This document shows positions 50,329-59,643 of a DNA stretch of 64,000 bases, piece after piece. The notes under the pieces are model-generated. The model had not been told where the DNA came from, ran no database searches, and saw nothing but the letters and a program-made list of their open reading frames with translations. The first letter of the stretch is position 1; the number at the start of each line of letters is the position of its first letter. Made by a program: the position numbers and the translations under genes. This stretch comes from Vicinamibacterales bacterium (GTDB lineage: Bacteria; Acidobacteriota; Vicinamibacteria; Vicinamibacterales; SCN-69-37). The stretch lies in NCBI GenBank assembly GCA_038319675.1, contig JBBQDM010000001.1:166457-230456 (forward strand), read 5' to 3'.

Positions 50329-53300
50329 ATGCGAAGCAAGTTGATTCGAAACGTGCGCCTGGGTGTGTCGATAGTCGTCGCCGTATTCATGACCGTCGGT
50401 GTGGCGCAGGCGCAGGGTGTGACCACCAGTGCCATTGCCGGTGTTGTTCGTGACGCGCAGGGGCTTGCCGTGCCCGGTGTGACCGTCACCGCGTTGCACG
50501 AGCCGTCAGGCACGATGCAAACAGCCGTCAGCCAGGCTGACGGTCGATTCTCGATTCCCAATCTGCGTGTCGGCGGACCCTACACGGTTCTGGCGGAACT
50601 GGCGGGATTCCAGCCGGCGAGTCGTTCCGGTCTGACGCTGTCGCTGGGCGTGACCGCCGATGTGGACCTGACCCTCGGGTCGGTCGCCGCAGCCGAGACG
50701 ATCACCGTCACCGGCACAGTGGATCCCGTCTTCAGTTCGGCGCGCACCGGCGCCGCGACGGCCATCAGCCGTCAGGCGCTGGAAACCATGCCCACACACG
50801 ACGGGCGTCTCAGCTCATTTGTGCGCATGACACCGCAGTCGTCCGGGGGCCTCTCGTTTGGCCAGGACAATCGGCTGAACAACATCACCGTGGACGGCTC
50901 GTACTTCAACAACTCGTTCGGTCTGGGTGGCGCACCCGGCGACCGCACGGGCGTGGCGCCGATCTCGGTCGACTCGATCGAACAGGTACAGGTCAACATC
51001 GCGCCGTACGACGTGCGGCAGGGCAACTTCATTGGTGCCGGCATCAACACCGTCACGCGCAGCGGCACGAACCGGTTCACCGGCTCCGCCTACTACCAGT
51101 TCCGCAGCGATGATTTGGTGGGTGATTCGTCCGGCGGCAGAGACTTTGATACGGGCACCTTTGAGTACAAGAACTACGGCTCGACCCTTGGCGGACCCGT
51201 GCTCCGCAACCGGGTGTTCTTTTTCGCGAACGCCGAAAGTGAAGCCGAGACACGCCCAGGCACGACGTGGCGCGCGAACACCGGCGGCGAACCGACGGGT
51301 GGCCAAATTACACGCGTGCTCGCCTCCGACCTGAATCAGCTCAGTTCGTTCCTGTCGTCGCGCTTCAACTATGAGACGGGCGGCTACCAGGGTTACGACC
51401 ACGAGACCCCCGCGCTGCGGTTACTGTTCAAGACGGACATCAACATCAGCGACCGTCACCGCGCCAGCGTGCGCTACACCCATCTGGATTCCGATACGGA
51501 CGTCCTCGCGTCCAACTCGTCGTCGCTGGGCTTTGGTTCGCGTCGCTCGAGCCAGAACGCGCTGAACTTCCGCAACACCAACTACAAGATCCTCGAGAAC
51601 ATTCGCTCGGTCATCGGCCAGGTCAACAGTGTGATCGGCTCGAACATGACCAACACCGCCATCGTCGGCTACACGTCGCAGGACGAAAGCCGCGACTCGT
51701 TGGGAACCTTCTTCCCACTCGTGGACGTGCTGCAGAGCGGCTCGACGTACACGTCATTCGGGTTTGAACCGTTCACGCCGAGCAACGAACTGCGTTATTC
51801 AACGTGGCAGCTGCAGAACAACCTGACCATCCTGCGCGGAGGCCACTCCCTGACATTTGGCGCCAGCCTTGAGAGGTATGAGTCAGAAAACGTGTTCTTC
51901 CCTGGCTCGCAGAGCGCCTACGTCTATAACTCGCTCGACGACTTCTACACCGACGCCAACGACTATCTGGCCAATCCGAACAGGACGACGTCGCCGGTAA
52001 CGCTGCGCCGGTTCCAAGTGCGGTGGGCCAACATCCCCGGGATGGTGAAGCCCATTCAGCCGCTGGAAGTGATGTACAGCAGCCTCTACGCACAGGATGA
52101 GTTCCGCGTGCGCCCTAATCTCACGGTGACGGCCGGGGTCAGAATGGATGTGGCGTCATTCGGCGACACCGCGTTCGCCAACGCGAATGCAGACGCACTC
52201 ACGTTCAGAGCTGCTGATGGCGGTGCGATTCAGTATCAGACGGGCAAGTTGCCTGACGCGACGCCGCTGTGGTCGCCGCGAGTGGGCTTCAACTGGAACG
52301 TGAACGGCGAGGGCCGCATTCAGGTGCGTGGCGGCACCGGGGTGTTCACCGGCAAGCCGGCGTATGTGTGGATCTCGAACCAGGTGGGCAACACGGGTGT
52401 GCTGACCGGCTTTGAGTCCATCGACAACACACGGAATCGACCCTGGAATCCGAACCCGGATCACTACAAACCCACGACGGTGACCGGCGCTCCCGCCAGT
52501 GCCTATGAACTGGCGCTGACGGCGAGTGACTTCAAGTTCCCGCAGGTGTGGCGTTCCAACGCGGCGGTGGACTACCGACTGTTTGGTGCGTGGACGGCGA
52601 CGGCGGAGCTGCTCTACACCAGAGACGTGAATGGTATTTCGTATCACAACGCCAACCTGATCGCACCGAACGGCACGTTTGCGGGTGCGGACAGCCGGTC
52701 GCGGTGGATTGGCAGCAACCGCATCCATTCGAATGTGGCCAACGCGGTGACGTTGGGTAATCAGAACGAGGGCTCGGCCTGGAATGTGGCGGCAACGCTT
52801 GAACGGGCGTTCCGTGATGGATTCACGGTCAAAGCCGCGTACAGCTATGGCGAGACACGCAACACGGTGGATGCCGGCTCGATCGCGTCAGGCTCATGGC
52901 AGAACAACCCGGCGGCCGGTGACCCGAACAATCCCGGTGTCGGCTTCTCGTCGAGCACTCTCGGCCACCGCGTGTTTGGTGCGGCCACGTTCAGTCGTGA
53001 CTGGTTCCGCTTCGGCGGCACCACCGTGTCGTTGTTCTGGGATGGTGTGACGCGGGGAACGGCGTCGTACCGCTTCCAGGGCGACATGAACGGCGACAGC
53101 AACTCCAACAACGACCTGCTCTACATCCACCGCAACGCTTCAGAGATGAACTTCCAGACGTTCACCTCCGGTGGTGTCACGTACACGGCCGATCAGCAGG
53201 CGCAGGCGTGGGAGGCCTATATCAACCAGGACCCCTACCTGAGCAAGAACCGAGGCCAATACGCCGAGCGCAACGGTCTGTTCCTGCCGATGGTGTGGCG

Positions 53301-53595
53301 TCTGGATTTCGGGATGCAGCAGGACCTGTTTACGAATGTCGGCGGACGCCGCCACACGCTGAAGTTCCGCTTCGACATCCTGAACATGAACAACCTGATC
53401 AGCGGTGATTCCGGCGTGGGCCAGGGTGTCATCTCGAGCCAACCGCTGACCAATCCGTCCGTGGACTCGCAGGGACGCTCGACGTATCGTCTGCGCGTGG
53501 TGAACGGGCAACTGATGAACACCACGTTCGAGAAGAGCCCGGGCATCGGTGACATCTGGCGCATGCAGTTCACGCTGCGCTACCTGTTCAACTGA
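50329..53595 (+). CDS. TonB-dependent receptor with N-terminal carboxypeptidase-regulatory-like domain
   Basis: ORF trimmed to MRSKLIRNVRLGVSIVVAVFMTVGVAQAQG (GGAGA 5 nt upstream). GVVRDAQGLAVPGVTVT ... DGRFSIPNL CarboxypepD_reg pattern, plug region, long barrel, and a terminal RYLFN. Confidence 0.8.
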   Translation: MRSKLIRNVRLGVSIVVAVFMTVGVAQAQGVTTSAIAGVVRDAQGLAVPGVTVTALHEPSGTMQTAVSQADGRFSIPNLRVGGPYTVLAELAGFQPASRSGLTLSLGVTADVDLTLGSVAAAETITVTGTVDPVFSSARTGAATAISRQALETMPTHDGRLSSFVRMTPQSSGGLSFGQDNRLNNITVDGSYFNNSFGLGGAPGDRTGVAPISVDSIEQVQVNIAPYDVRQGNFIGAGINTVTRSGTNRFTGSAYYQFRSDDLVGDSSGGRDFDTGTFEYKNYGSTLGGPVLRNRVFFFANAESEAETRPGTTWRANTGGEPTGGQITRVLASDLNQLSSFLSSRFNYETGGYQGYDHETPALRLLFKTDINISDRHRASVRYTHLDSDTDVLASNSSSLGFGSRRSSQNALNFRNTNYKILENIRSVIGQVNSVIGSNMTNTAIVGYTSQDESRDSLGTFFPLVDVLQSGSTYTSFGFEPFTPSNELRYSTWQLQNNLTILRGGHSLTFGASLERYESENVFFPGSQSAYVYNSLDDFYTDANDYLANPNRTTSPVTLRRFQVRWANIPGMVKPIQPLEVMYSSLYAQDEFRVRPNLTVTAGVRMDVASFGDTAFANANADALTFRAADGGAIQYQTGKLPDATPLWSPRVGFNWNVNGEGRIQVRGGTGVFTGKPAYVWISNQVGNTGVLTGFESIDNTRNRPWNPNPDHYKPTTVTGAPASAYELALTASDFKFPQVWRSNAAVDYRLFGAWTATAELLYTRDVNGISYHNANLIAPNGTFAGADSRSRWIGSNRIHSNVANAVTLGNQNEGSAWNVAATLERAFRDGFTVKAAYSYGETRNTVDAGSIASGSWQNNPAAGDPNNPGVGFSSSTLGHRVFGAATFSRDWFRFGGTTVSLFWDGVTRGTASYRFQGDMNGDSNSNNDLLYIHRNASEMNFQTFTSGGVTYTADQQAQAWEAYINQDPYLSKNRGQYAERNGLFLPMVWRLDFGMQQDLFTNVGGRRHTLKFRFDILNMNNLISGDSGVGQGVISSQPLTNPSVDSQGRSTYRLRVVNGQLMNTTFEKSPGIGDIWRMQFTLRYLFN

Positions 53596-53614
53596 CGCGC
53601 ACGGGACTACGCAC

Positions 53615-55579
53615 ATGGTGACGATCAGCCGACGTCGTTTCGGAACTCTGCTCGCGGCCACGCTGGGGCCGACCCTGGTCAGCCGCACGCCGGCGCTGCC
53701 GTTCACGGCGACGCTCGACCTGCGCACGTCGCAGCAGCAGGGCACCGATACGGTCACGGGGATCGTGTTCGATGACCTTAATCGGGACGGCGTACATCAG
53801 GCCAATGAGCCTGGTGTACGCGGCGTCCTCGTCAGCAACGGACTGGATGTCGTGCGGACGGATGCAGACGGGCGGTACCGTTTGCCTGTCCGCCCCGACA
53901 TGTCAGTGTTCGTCGTCAAACCCTCAGGCTGGCGCACGCCGACCAACGGCTCGTTCGTGCCGCAGTTCGCGTATCAACACAAGCCGGCCGGCTCGCCCAG
54001 GGCTTTGCGGTTCGGTGGGTTGCCCGCGACGGGCCCGATCCCATCGGCCATCAATTTCCCGCTGGTGCGGGTGGACGAATCCGGACCACTGCGCTGCGCG
54101 ATCATCGGCGACAGCCAGACCTACTCCAATACCGAAGTCGGCTACTTCCGTGACAGCACCGTCGCGGACCTGCTCTCTGAGGGGCCGGGCGCGTACGACT
54201 GCGTTCTTTACCTCGGCGATGTCGTGGGTGACGATCTGGCGCTGCTGCCGCGCTTGCTCGAGGTGGGCGGCGCATTGGAGGCACCGCAATACCTTGTGCA
54301 GGGCAATCACGACTTCGACTTCGATGCGACGACCGATGCGGACTCGTCGGATTCCTGGCGACGACTCTTCGGACCACACTATTACGCCTTCGAGATCGGG
54401 CAAGCGACGTTTGTGGTGCTCGACAACGTCGTGTTCCCGTGTGGTGCTCTCGAGGCCGCCACGCCTGGTCGTCAAACCTGCGCCGATCCCGCTCGTCCCG
54501 GATATAACGGTCGCGTTGAAGCCACGCAGATGGCGTGGTTGCGCAACCTGCTGGCCGAAGTGCCGCGCGATCGGCTGATCGTGCTGGCCCATCACATTCC
54601 GCTTGTGTCGTTTGTGGACTCCGGCTCTCCAGTCCATCAGACCGACAACCTGCCCGAGATTCATGCGCTGCTCACCGGACGACCCGCGTTGTCGTTGTCC
54701 GGCCACACACACACCACTGAGAACCTCGCGCCTGGCGAACACTATCAAGGCTGGACCGACGCCGTCGGCGCTGGTCCTCTACCTTTCCGTCACATCGTCG
54801 CCGGCGCGGCATGCGGCGCCTGGTATCAGGGTGATCTGGGCATGGACGGCACACCGATGGCGTTGCAGCGTCAGGGGGCTCCGAAGGGGTTCCTCACGCT
54901 CGACCTTGACGGCGCTGACTATCGAGAGACTTACATCGGCGCCAACATCGACAGGCGTCGTCAGATGTGGGTGTCGTTGTCCACGCCGGGATTCCGCCAG
55001 TGGTACACGGACCTTGTGGCGTGGAAGGCCGAGGACGGCAAGACGCGCGATCCGATTCCCCCCGTCAACATCAACGATCTGCCGGATACCAAAATCCTGA
55101 CGGCTGATGATCTGCGGGAGGGCACCTTCCTAGTCGCCAACGTGTGGCTCGGATCTCGAGAGACGCGCGTCACCGCGCAACTGGGAGACCAACGACTGAC
55201 GCTTGAACGCACCCAGGAGGGCCGCGGTGAGGCCGCTCGTGTAGGTGTCGAGTTTTCCGACCCCTTTGCCGCCGTCAAACAACTGCAGGTCGGACGTTTT
55301 GCGCTGCAGAGCCGATCCGGCGAGGCACGCAACCAGGGCTTCGAACTCTTCCGCGGCAACACCAATGGCCCCGCCGCGCCACAGCCAACGGCCGTGCTGG
55401 CCGACCGGTCGATGCACCTATGGCGTGTCCGACTGCCGGCGTCACTGCCGGAGGGCATGCACGTGGTCACTGTGACATCCGTCGATCGTCATGGCCGGGA
55501 GTCTATCGAACGTCTTGGGTTTGAAGTGCGGTCCGCGCGGCCGCCGGCCCACTGGCGCCGCGAACCCTGGACCCGCTGA
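53615..55579 (+). CDS. Tat-exported calcineurin-like metallophosphoesterase with N- and C-terminal accessory domains
   Basis: ORF trimmed to MVTISRRRFGTLLAATLG. Motifs IIGDSQ, YLGDVVGDD, QGNHDF, LAHHIPL and SGHTHT. Confidence 0.8.
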   Translation: MVTISRRRFGTLLAATLGPTLVSRTPALPFTATLDLRTSQQQGTDTVTGIVFDDLNRDGVHQANEPGVRGVLVSNGLDVVRTDADGRYRLPVRPDMSVFVVKPSGWRTPTNGSFVPQFAYQHKPAGSPRALRFGGLPATGPIPSAINFPLVRVDESGPLRCAIIGDSQTYSNTEVGYFRDSTVADLLSEGPGAYDCVLYLGDVVGDDLALLPRLLEVGGALEAPQYLVQGNHDFDFDATTDADSSDSWRRLFGPHYYAFEIGQATFVVLDNVVFPCGALEAATPGRQTCADPARPGYNGRVEATQMAWLRNLLAEVPRDRLIVLAHHIPLVSFVDSGSPVHQTDNLPEIHALLTGRPALSLSGHTHTTENLAPGEHYQGWTDAVGAGPLPFRHIVAGAACGAWYQGDLGMDGTPMALQRQGAPKGFLTLDLDGADYRETYIGANIDRRRQMWVSLSTPGFRQWYTDLVAWKAEDGKTRDPIPPVNINDLPDTKILTADDLREGTFLVANVWLGSRETRVTAQLGDQRLTLERTQEGRGEAARVGVEFSDPFAAVKQLQVGRFALQSRSGEARNQGFELFRGNTNGPAAPQPTAVLADRSMHLWRVRLPASLPEGMHVVTVTSVDRHGRESIERLGFEVRSARPPAHWRREPWTR

Positions 55580-55582
55580 CGT

Positions 55583-55649
55583 TTTCACCCGGTTGTCTTC
55601 GATCAGTCATCGGATTGTCGAATCCGATTGATGTGATGCGCGGGTGAAA
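55583..55649 (+). other. Nested hairpin between the phosphoesterase stop and the olsB-like start
   Basis: The outer stem is 9 bp: TTTCACCCG (55583-91) with CGGGTGAAA (55641-49). The inner stem is 8 bp: ATCGGATT-gtcg-AATCCGAT (55609-28). The 3' arm abuts the GGA of the likely SD. There is no U-tail. Confidence 0.5.
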
Positions 55650-55660
55650 GGACGGTCCAC

Positions 55661-56416
55661 ATGACCGGATTGGATCTCGTCGAAGGCGGGTATCGCATTC
55701 ACCTGGCGCAAGGACCCGACGATCTCGAGGCGGCCGCGCGCCTGCGGTACGAAGTCTTCAACCTGGAACTTGGTGAGGGGCTGGCCGGGGCCGAGGCCAC
55801 CGGACGTGACCTTGACGACTTCGACGCGGCCTGCGACCACCTGATCGTCAGGCAAGCGACCACCGGTCAGGTCGTCGGCACCTATCGGATGCAGACGATG
55901 GACCAGGCGGTCGGGCACCGCGGATTCTACAGCGCCACAGAATTTGTACTGGATGAGCTGCCGGCCGAAGTCCTCACTCACGGCGTGGAGGTCGGCCGTG
56001 CCTGTGTGGCGCAGGCGTTCCGCAGTCGCCGTGTACTCCTGCTGCTGTGGAAGGGCCTGGCCGCCTATCTCCATGCACACGACAAGCGTTACCTGTTCGG
56101 GTGTTGTTCGCTTCCGACGCTGGACCCCGCCGCAGGCTGGACTGTGGCTGAGCACCTCCACGCGATCGGGGCATGGCATCCCACATGGCGCGCCCGTGCA
56201 GCGGACGCAAGTACAGTGCCCGCCTCGGTTCCCTGTGCGGACGGCACACCGGAGCTGCCGATGCTCTTCCGCACCTACCTGCGCTTTGGTGCGTCGGTGT
56301 GTGGAGGGCCGGTGCTGGATCGCGCCTTCGGCACCACTGACTTCCTCGTGATCCTCGACCGGCACAATTTGACGCCCGAAGCGACCGCCATGTTTTTTAC
56401 GACAGGAGTCGCCTGA
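55661..56416 (+). CDS. olsB: GNAT-fold N-acyl amino acid synthase (OlsB-like, ornithine/lyso-lipid N-acyltransferase)
   Basis: 251 aa. LRYEVFNLELGEG ... DDFDAACDHLIV ... VVGTYRM is typical of the Acetyltransf_5/OlsB family. It is followed by a coupled PlsC-type acyltransferase. Confidence 0.65.
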   Translation: MTGLDLVEGGYRIHLAQGPDDLEAAARLRYEVFNLELGEGLAGAEATGRDLDDFDAACDHLIVRQATTGQVVGTYRMQTMDQAVGHRGFYSATEFVLDELPAEVLTHGVEVGRACVAQAFRSRRVLLLLWKGLAAYLHAHDKRYLFGCCSLPTLDPAAGWTVAEHLHAIGAWHPTWRARAADASTVPASVPCADGTPELPMLFRTYLRFGASVCGGPVLDRAFGTTDFLVILDRHNLTPEATAMFFTTGVA

Positions 56417-57204
56417 TGGGACCACTCCGAGCGGTGTTACGCCTCTCGGTGTTGGCCGTCTGGACCGGAGGTTCGGTGCTGTACGCGTGGGTCACGCGAC
56501 GCGACTGGGTGCAGTTGTGGGTGCGTCCGACCTGTCGGATCCTTGGACTCACCATCGTTCGCTCCGGTCCTCTGCCGCCGCGCGGCACGTTGGTCGTGGC
56601 CAATCACGTGGGATATCTCGACATCCTCGCGTTGGCCACCCAGATGGACACCAAGTTTGTCGCGAAGTCGGAGATCGCACAGTGGCCGCTGATCGGCCGA
56701 CTAATCCGCGATGCCGGCACCATCTTCATTCATCGTCAGCGACTGAAGGACCTGCCGCGCGTGATTGCCGACATGCACGACCGGCTGGCCGCTGGTAATC
56801 GTGTCACCTGGTTTCCCGAGGGCACCAGCACTGATGGCCGTGTCGTGTTGCCATTCAAGTCGGCGCTCCTGCAGACCGCGATCACGCGAGACATCCCGAT
56901 TCACACCGTATCGCTGACGTGTGAGGCTCCACCCGGCGTGTGCCCGCATGAACGTTTGTGCTGGCACGGCACCACGAGTTTCGCCCCGCATCTCTGGCGC
57001 CTTGCGCAGGTGCCGAACTACCGCATGACGCTGACCTTTGCCGACCGCGCCGTCTACCAGCGTGACCGCAAGGCACTGGCCCGCGTGACCCGGGAATCCG
57101 TGGTCGAACATCGAGAAACCTCCCGGGTACTCCGCTACCTGCCCGAGCGCCCCTCGCAACCGGCCGGGCACGGCGGTTCAGACCTGCACTCCGCTCGACT
57201 GTAG
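56416..57204 (+). CDS. olsA: Lysophospholipid (PlsC-type) acyltransferase, OlsA-like
   Basis: TGATG overlap with the upstream gene. HX4D motif NHVGYLD and FPEGTST. Confidence 0.65.
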   Translation: MGPLRAVLRLSVLAVWTGGSVLYAWVTRRDWVQLWVRPTCRILGLTIVRSGPLPPRGTLVVANHVGYLDILALATQMDTKFVAKSEIAQWPLIGRLIRDAGTIFIHRQRLKDLPRVIADMHDRLAAGNRVTWFPEGTSTDGRVVLPFKSALLQTAITRDIPIHTVSLTCEAPPGVCPHERLCWHGTTSFAPHLWRLAQVPNYRMTLTFADRAVYQRDRKALARVTRESVVEHRETSRVLRYLPERPSQPAGHGGSDLHSARL

Positions 57205-57241
57205 CTGGCGCGGCTCTCAGGATTCTCCCGACGACCCGGCG

Positions 57242-57838
57242 CTACTCCAACCCCAGCTTGGTCAACACCTCGGGCGGGCAACCGGTCCACTTGGGCACGA
57301 AGGTGTTGCCCATGTACTGGATGTCGTTGATGCCCATCTCGCTGGTCCAGAAGCCGCTGGCCGTGAGGTCGCGGAAGCTGTTGAAAAACGTGACGCCGGG
57401 GTTCATGCCCTCGACTGTCCGACGCGGCCACGAGATGTCGTCGAGCACCTGACGCCGCTCGGCATCGGTGCACACGATGAACCGTTTGTCGAAGCGACGA
57501 TGGCATTCGAGGTCGAGCCAGGCAAGCCCGCCGCGCATGGCGTTCTGCCGATTCGGCTGGTCGGTCATCATGAAATCCATGAACTGCGGCACGCCCGCCT
57601 CCGACGCGCTGCCGGACCGCTCGTCCTTCGGAATGATGTAGTCCACCAGCACGGTCACTGTCTGATATTCGTGCGCGGTGAAAAACACGGGCGTGAACGC
57701 GGTTTGCCCCGCCTGTGCCTGCGCGGCTTTGACGGCGTTGCCGGCAAACACCGCCTCTTCGTGTGTCCACGTAAACGCCGCCGCCATCGGCGCGGCCGCC
57801 ATCAGGCGCAACAACGAGCGTCGATCCATGGTTGCCAT
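57242..57838 (-). CDS. Gluconate 2-dehydrogenase subunit 3-family small subunit with Tat signal
   Basis: 198 aa. MATMDRRSLLRLMAAAPMAAAFT. The ATG overlaps the stop of the GMC gene (TGATG). Confidence 0.7.
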   Translation of the reverse strand: MATMDRRSLLRLMAAAPMAAAFTWTHEEAVFAGNAVKAAQAQAGQTAFTPVFFTAHEYQTVTVLVDYIIPKDERSGSASEAGVPQFMDFMMTDQPNRQNAMRGGLAWLDLECHRRFDKRFIVCTDAERRQVLDDISWPRRTVEGMNPGVTFFNSFRDLTASGFWTSEMGINDIQYMGNTFVPKWTGCPPEVLTKLGLE

Positions 57839-59550
57839 CAGAGTGCTCCCCGGTTGCGTTCAGACACGATGAAATCGCTGGTGCGCCACGAGAGCGCAAG
57901 AATGGTCCACGTCGGGTTTTTGTCAGGCTGCGAGACGAACGGACCGCCGTCAGTGACAAACAGATTCTTGACGTCGTGCGCCTGGCAGTTGCTGTTGAGC
58001 ACCGAGGTCTTCGGGTCGTTACCCATGCGCGTGACGCCCAATTCGTGAATGATGGAGCCCCCGGTGGAGATGCCGTAGCCGCGCTCGCGCGACGGCATCG
58101 TGCCCATCGTTGTGCCGCCCATCTCGTCGACGATGGCGCGGAACGTGTCCTGCATGTGTTTGGCCTGGTTGTACTCGTGGTCGGTCCACCGCCAGTGGAA
58201 CCGCAACACCGGAATGCCGAACTTGTCGATCGTGTTCGGATCGATCTCGCAGTAGCTGCCTTCGTTCGGAATCATCTCGCCGCGGCCCATGAACGTCACT
58301 GTTGACCCGTAGAAGCGCCGGTAGTCGTCCTTCAAGGTGGTGCCGTAGCCGCCAATCTCGCGGCCGCTGTCGTAGCCGGTGAAGCGCTGAATGTTGCCGC
58401 CGAAGCCGGCGTTGGGCATGTTGCGACCGCCGCCGATCTCGGTGTGATACCCGCGCGGGAAGTCGAGCTTTCTGTTGTCGAGCACCCACGGCATGTAGAG
58501 GTGCGCGCCGCCGACGCCGTCCTCGTTGTGCGGAATCTGATCCATCAGCTTCGGGATGAACGCCGTGACGCTCGCGCCGGTGGAGTCGGTGATGTATTTG
58601 CCAACCACGCCCGACGAGTTGCCGACGCCCTGCGGAAACTGCGTGTTCTTTGAGTTGAGCATGATGCGCGCTGATTCACACGCACTTGCGGCCAACACCA
58701 CGATGCGGGCCGACACGTGATTCTCCTGGCCGGTTGTTTTGTCGATGTAGGCCACACCTGTCGCAAGCCCCTGCGCGTTGACGGTGACTTCACGCGCCAT
58801 CGCCTGCGTGATGATCGTCAGGTTGCCTGACGCAATCGCCGGGCGCAGCAGCACCGAGGGCGACGAGAAGTTTGAGTGCGTCGCACATCCACGCGAACAC
58901 TGGCCACAGTAGTGACACGCCGCGCGACCGTTGAGCGGCTGCGTGAGGATCGACAGCCGCGACGGGATGCACTTGATGTTGAGGTTGTCGGACGCGTTCT
59001 TGACCAACCGCTCCCAGCACCGCGGCTCGGGTGGCGGCTGAAAGATGCCGTCGGGTTCGTTGGGAAGGTTTTCAACGGTGCCGAACCGGCCGACGAACCT
59101 GTCCACGCGGTCGTAATACGGCTTGATGTCGTCAAACGTGATCGGCCAGTCGTCGCCGAGCCCATCCAGGCTCTTGCGCCGGAAGTCGTCGGGACCAAAC
59201 GCCAGCGAAATGCGGCCCCAGTGATTCGTGCGGCCGCCCAGCATGCGCGTTCTGAACCACTGGAAACTTGAGCCCTGCCCGGTCGTGTACGGCTCGCCAT
59301 CAATCTGGAAGCCGCCAATCCACGCACCGAACTCGCCCCACGGGCGCTCCGGCGTGCCGCCACCTCGTCGAGGCGAGTCGTACGGCCACGCGAACATCTT
59401 CGGATCCGTCTCCGGGTCCCAGTTCACGCCCGCCTCCAGCATCACGACCTTCGCACCGGCCTCGGTCAGCACCTTGGCGGCCATGCCGCCCCCGGCGCCG
59501 GACCCTACGATGCAGACATCAAATGTTTCGCGGCTTCGGATGATTTGCAC
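57838..59550 (-). CDS. GMC-family FAD-dependent oxidoreductase (large subunit)
   Basis: 570 aa. DVCIVGSGAGGGMAAKVLTEAGAKVVMLEAG (GxGxxG). C-terminal HELGVTRMG ... VTDGGPF. GTG start. Confidence 0.85.
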   Translation of the reverse strand: MQIIRSRETFDVCIVGSGAGGGMAAKVLTEAGAKVVMLEAGVNWDPETDPKMFAWPYDSPRRGGGTPERPWGEFGAWIGGFQIDGEPYTTGQGSSFQWFRTRMLGGRTNHWGRISLAFGPDDFRRKSLDGLGDDWPITFDDIKPYYDRVDRFVGRFGTVENLPNEPDGIFQPPPEPRCWERLVKNASDNLNIKCIPSRLSILTQPLNGRAACHYCGQCSRGCATHSNFSSPSVLLRPAIASGNLTIITQAMAREVTVNAQGLATGVAYIDKTTGQENHVSARIVVLAASACESARIMLNSKNTQFPQGVGNSSGVVGKYITDSTGASVTAFIPKLMDQIPHNEDGVGGAHLYMPWVLDNRKLDFPRGYHTEIGGGRNMPNAGFGGNIQRFTGYDSGREIGGYGTTLKDDYRRFYGSTVTFMGRGEMIPNEGSYCEIDPNTIDKFGIPVLRFHWRWTDHEYNQAKHMQDTFRAIVDEMGGTTMGTMPSRERGYGISTGGSIIHELGVTRMGNDPKTSVLNSNCQAHDVKNLFVTDGGPFVSQPDKNPTWTILALSWRTSDFIVSERNRGAL

Positions 59551-59573
59551 GCGGCTATTCTAGTCTGGGCTGG

Positions 59574-59643
59574 GTGCACCAAGAACCCTGCACCCAGGAA
59601 CCACGAACAGCACCCGGAACCATGAACCGATGAACCATGAACC
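59574..59643 (+). repeat. About 7-nt periodic G[A/C]ACC array (array C, 10 units)
   Basis: gtGCACC aaGAACC ctGCACC cagGAACC acGAAC aGCACC cgGAACC atGAACC gatGAACC atGAACC. It sits in the divergent region between the GMC gene and the DUF1080 gene. The last unit supplies the candidate ATG 59637. Confidence 0.85.
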
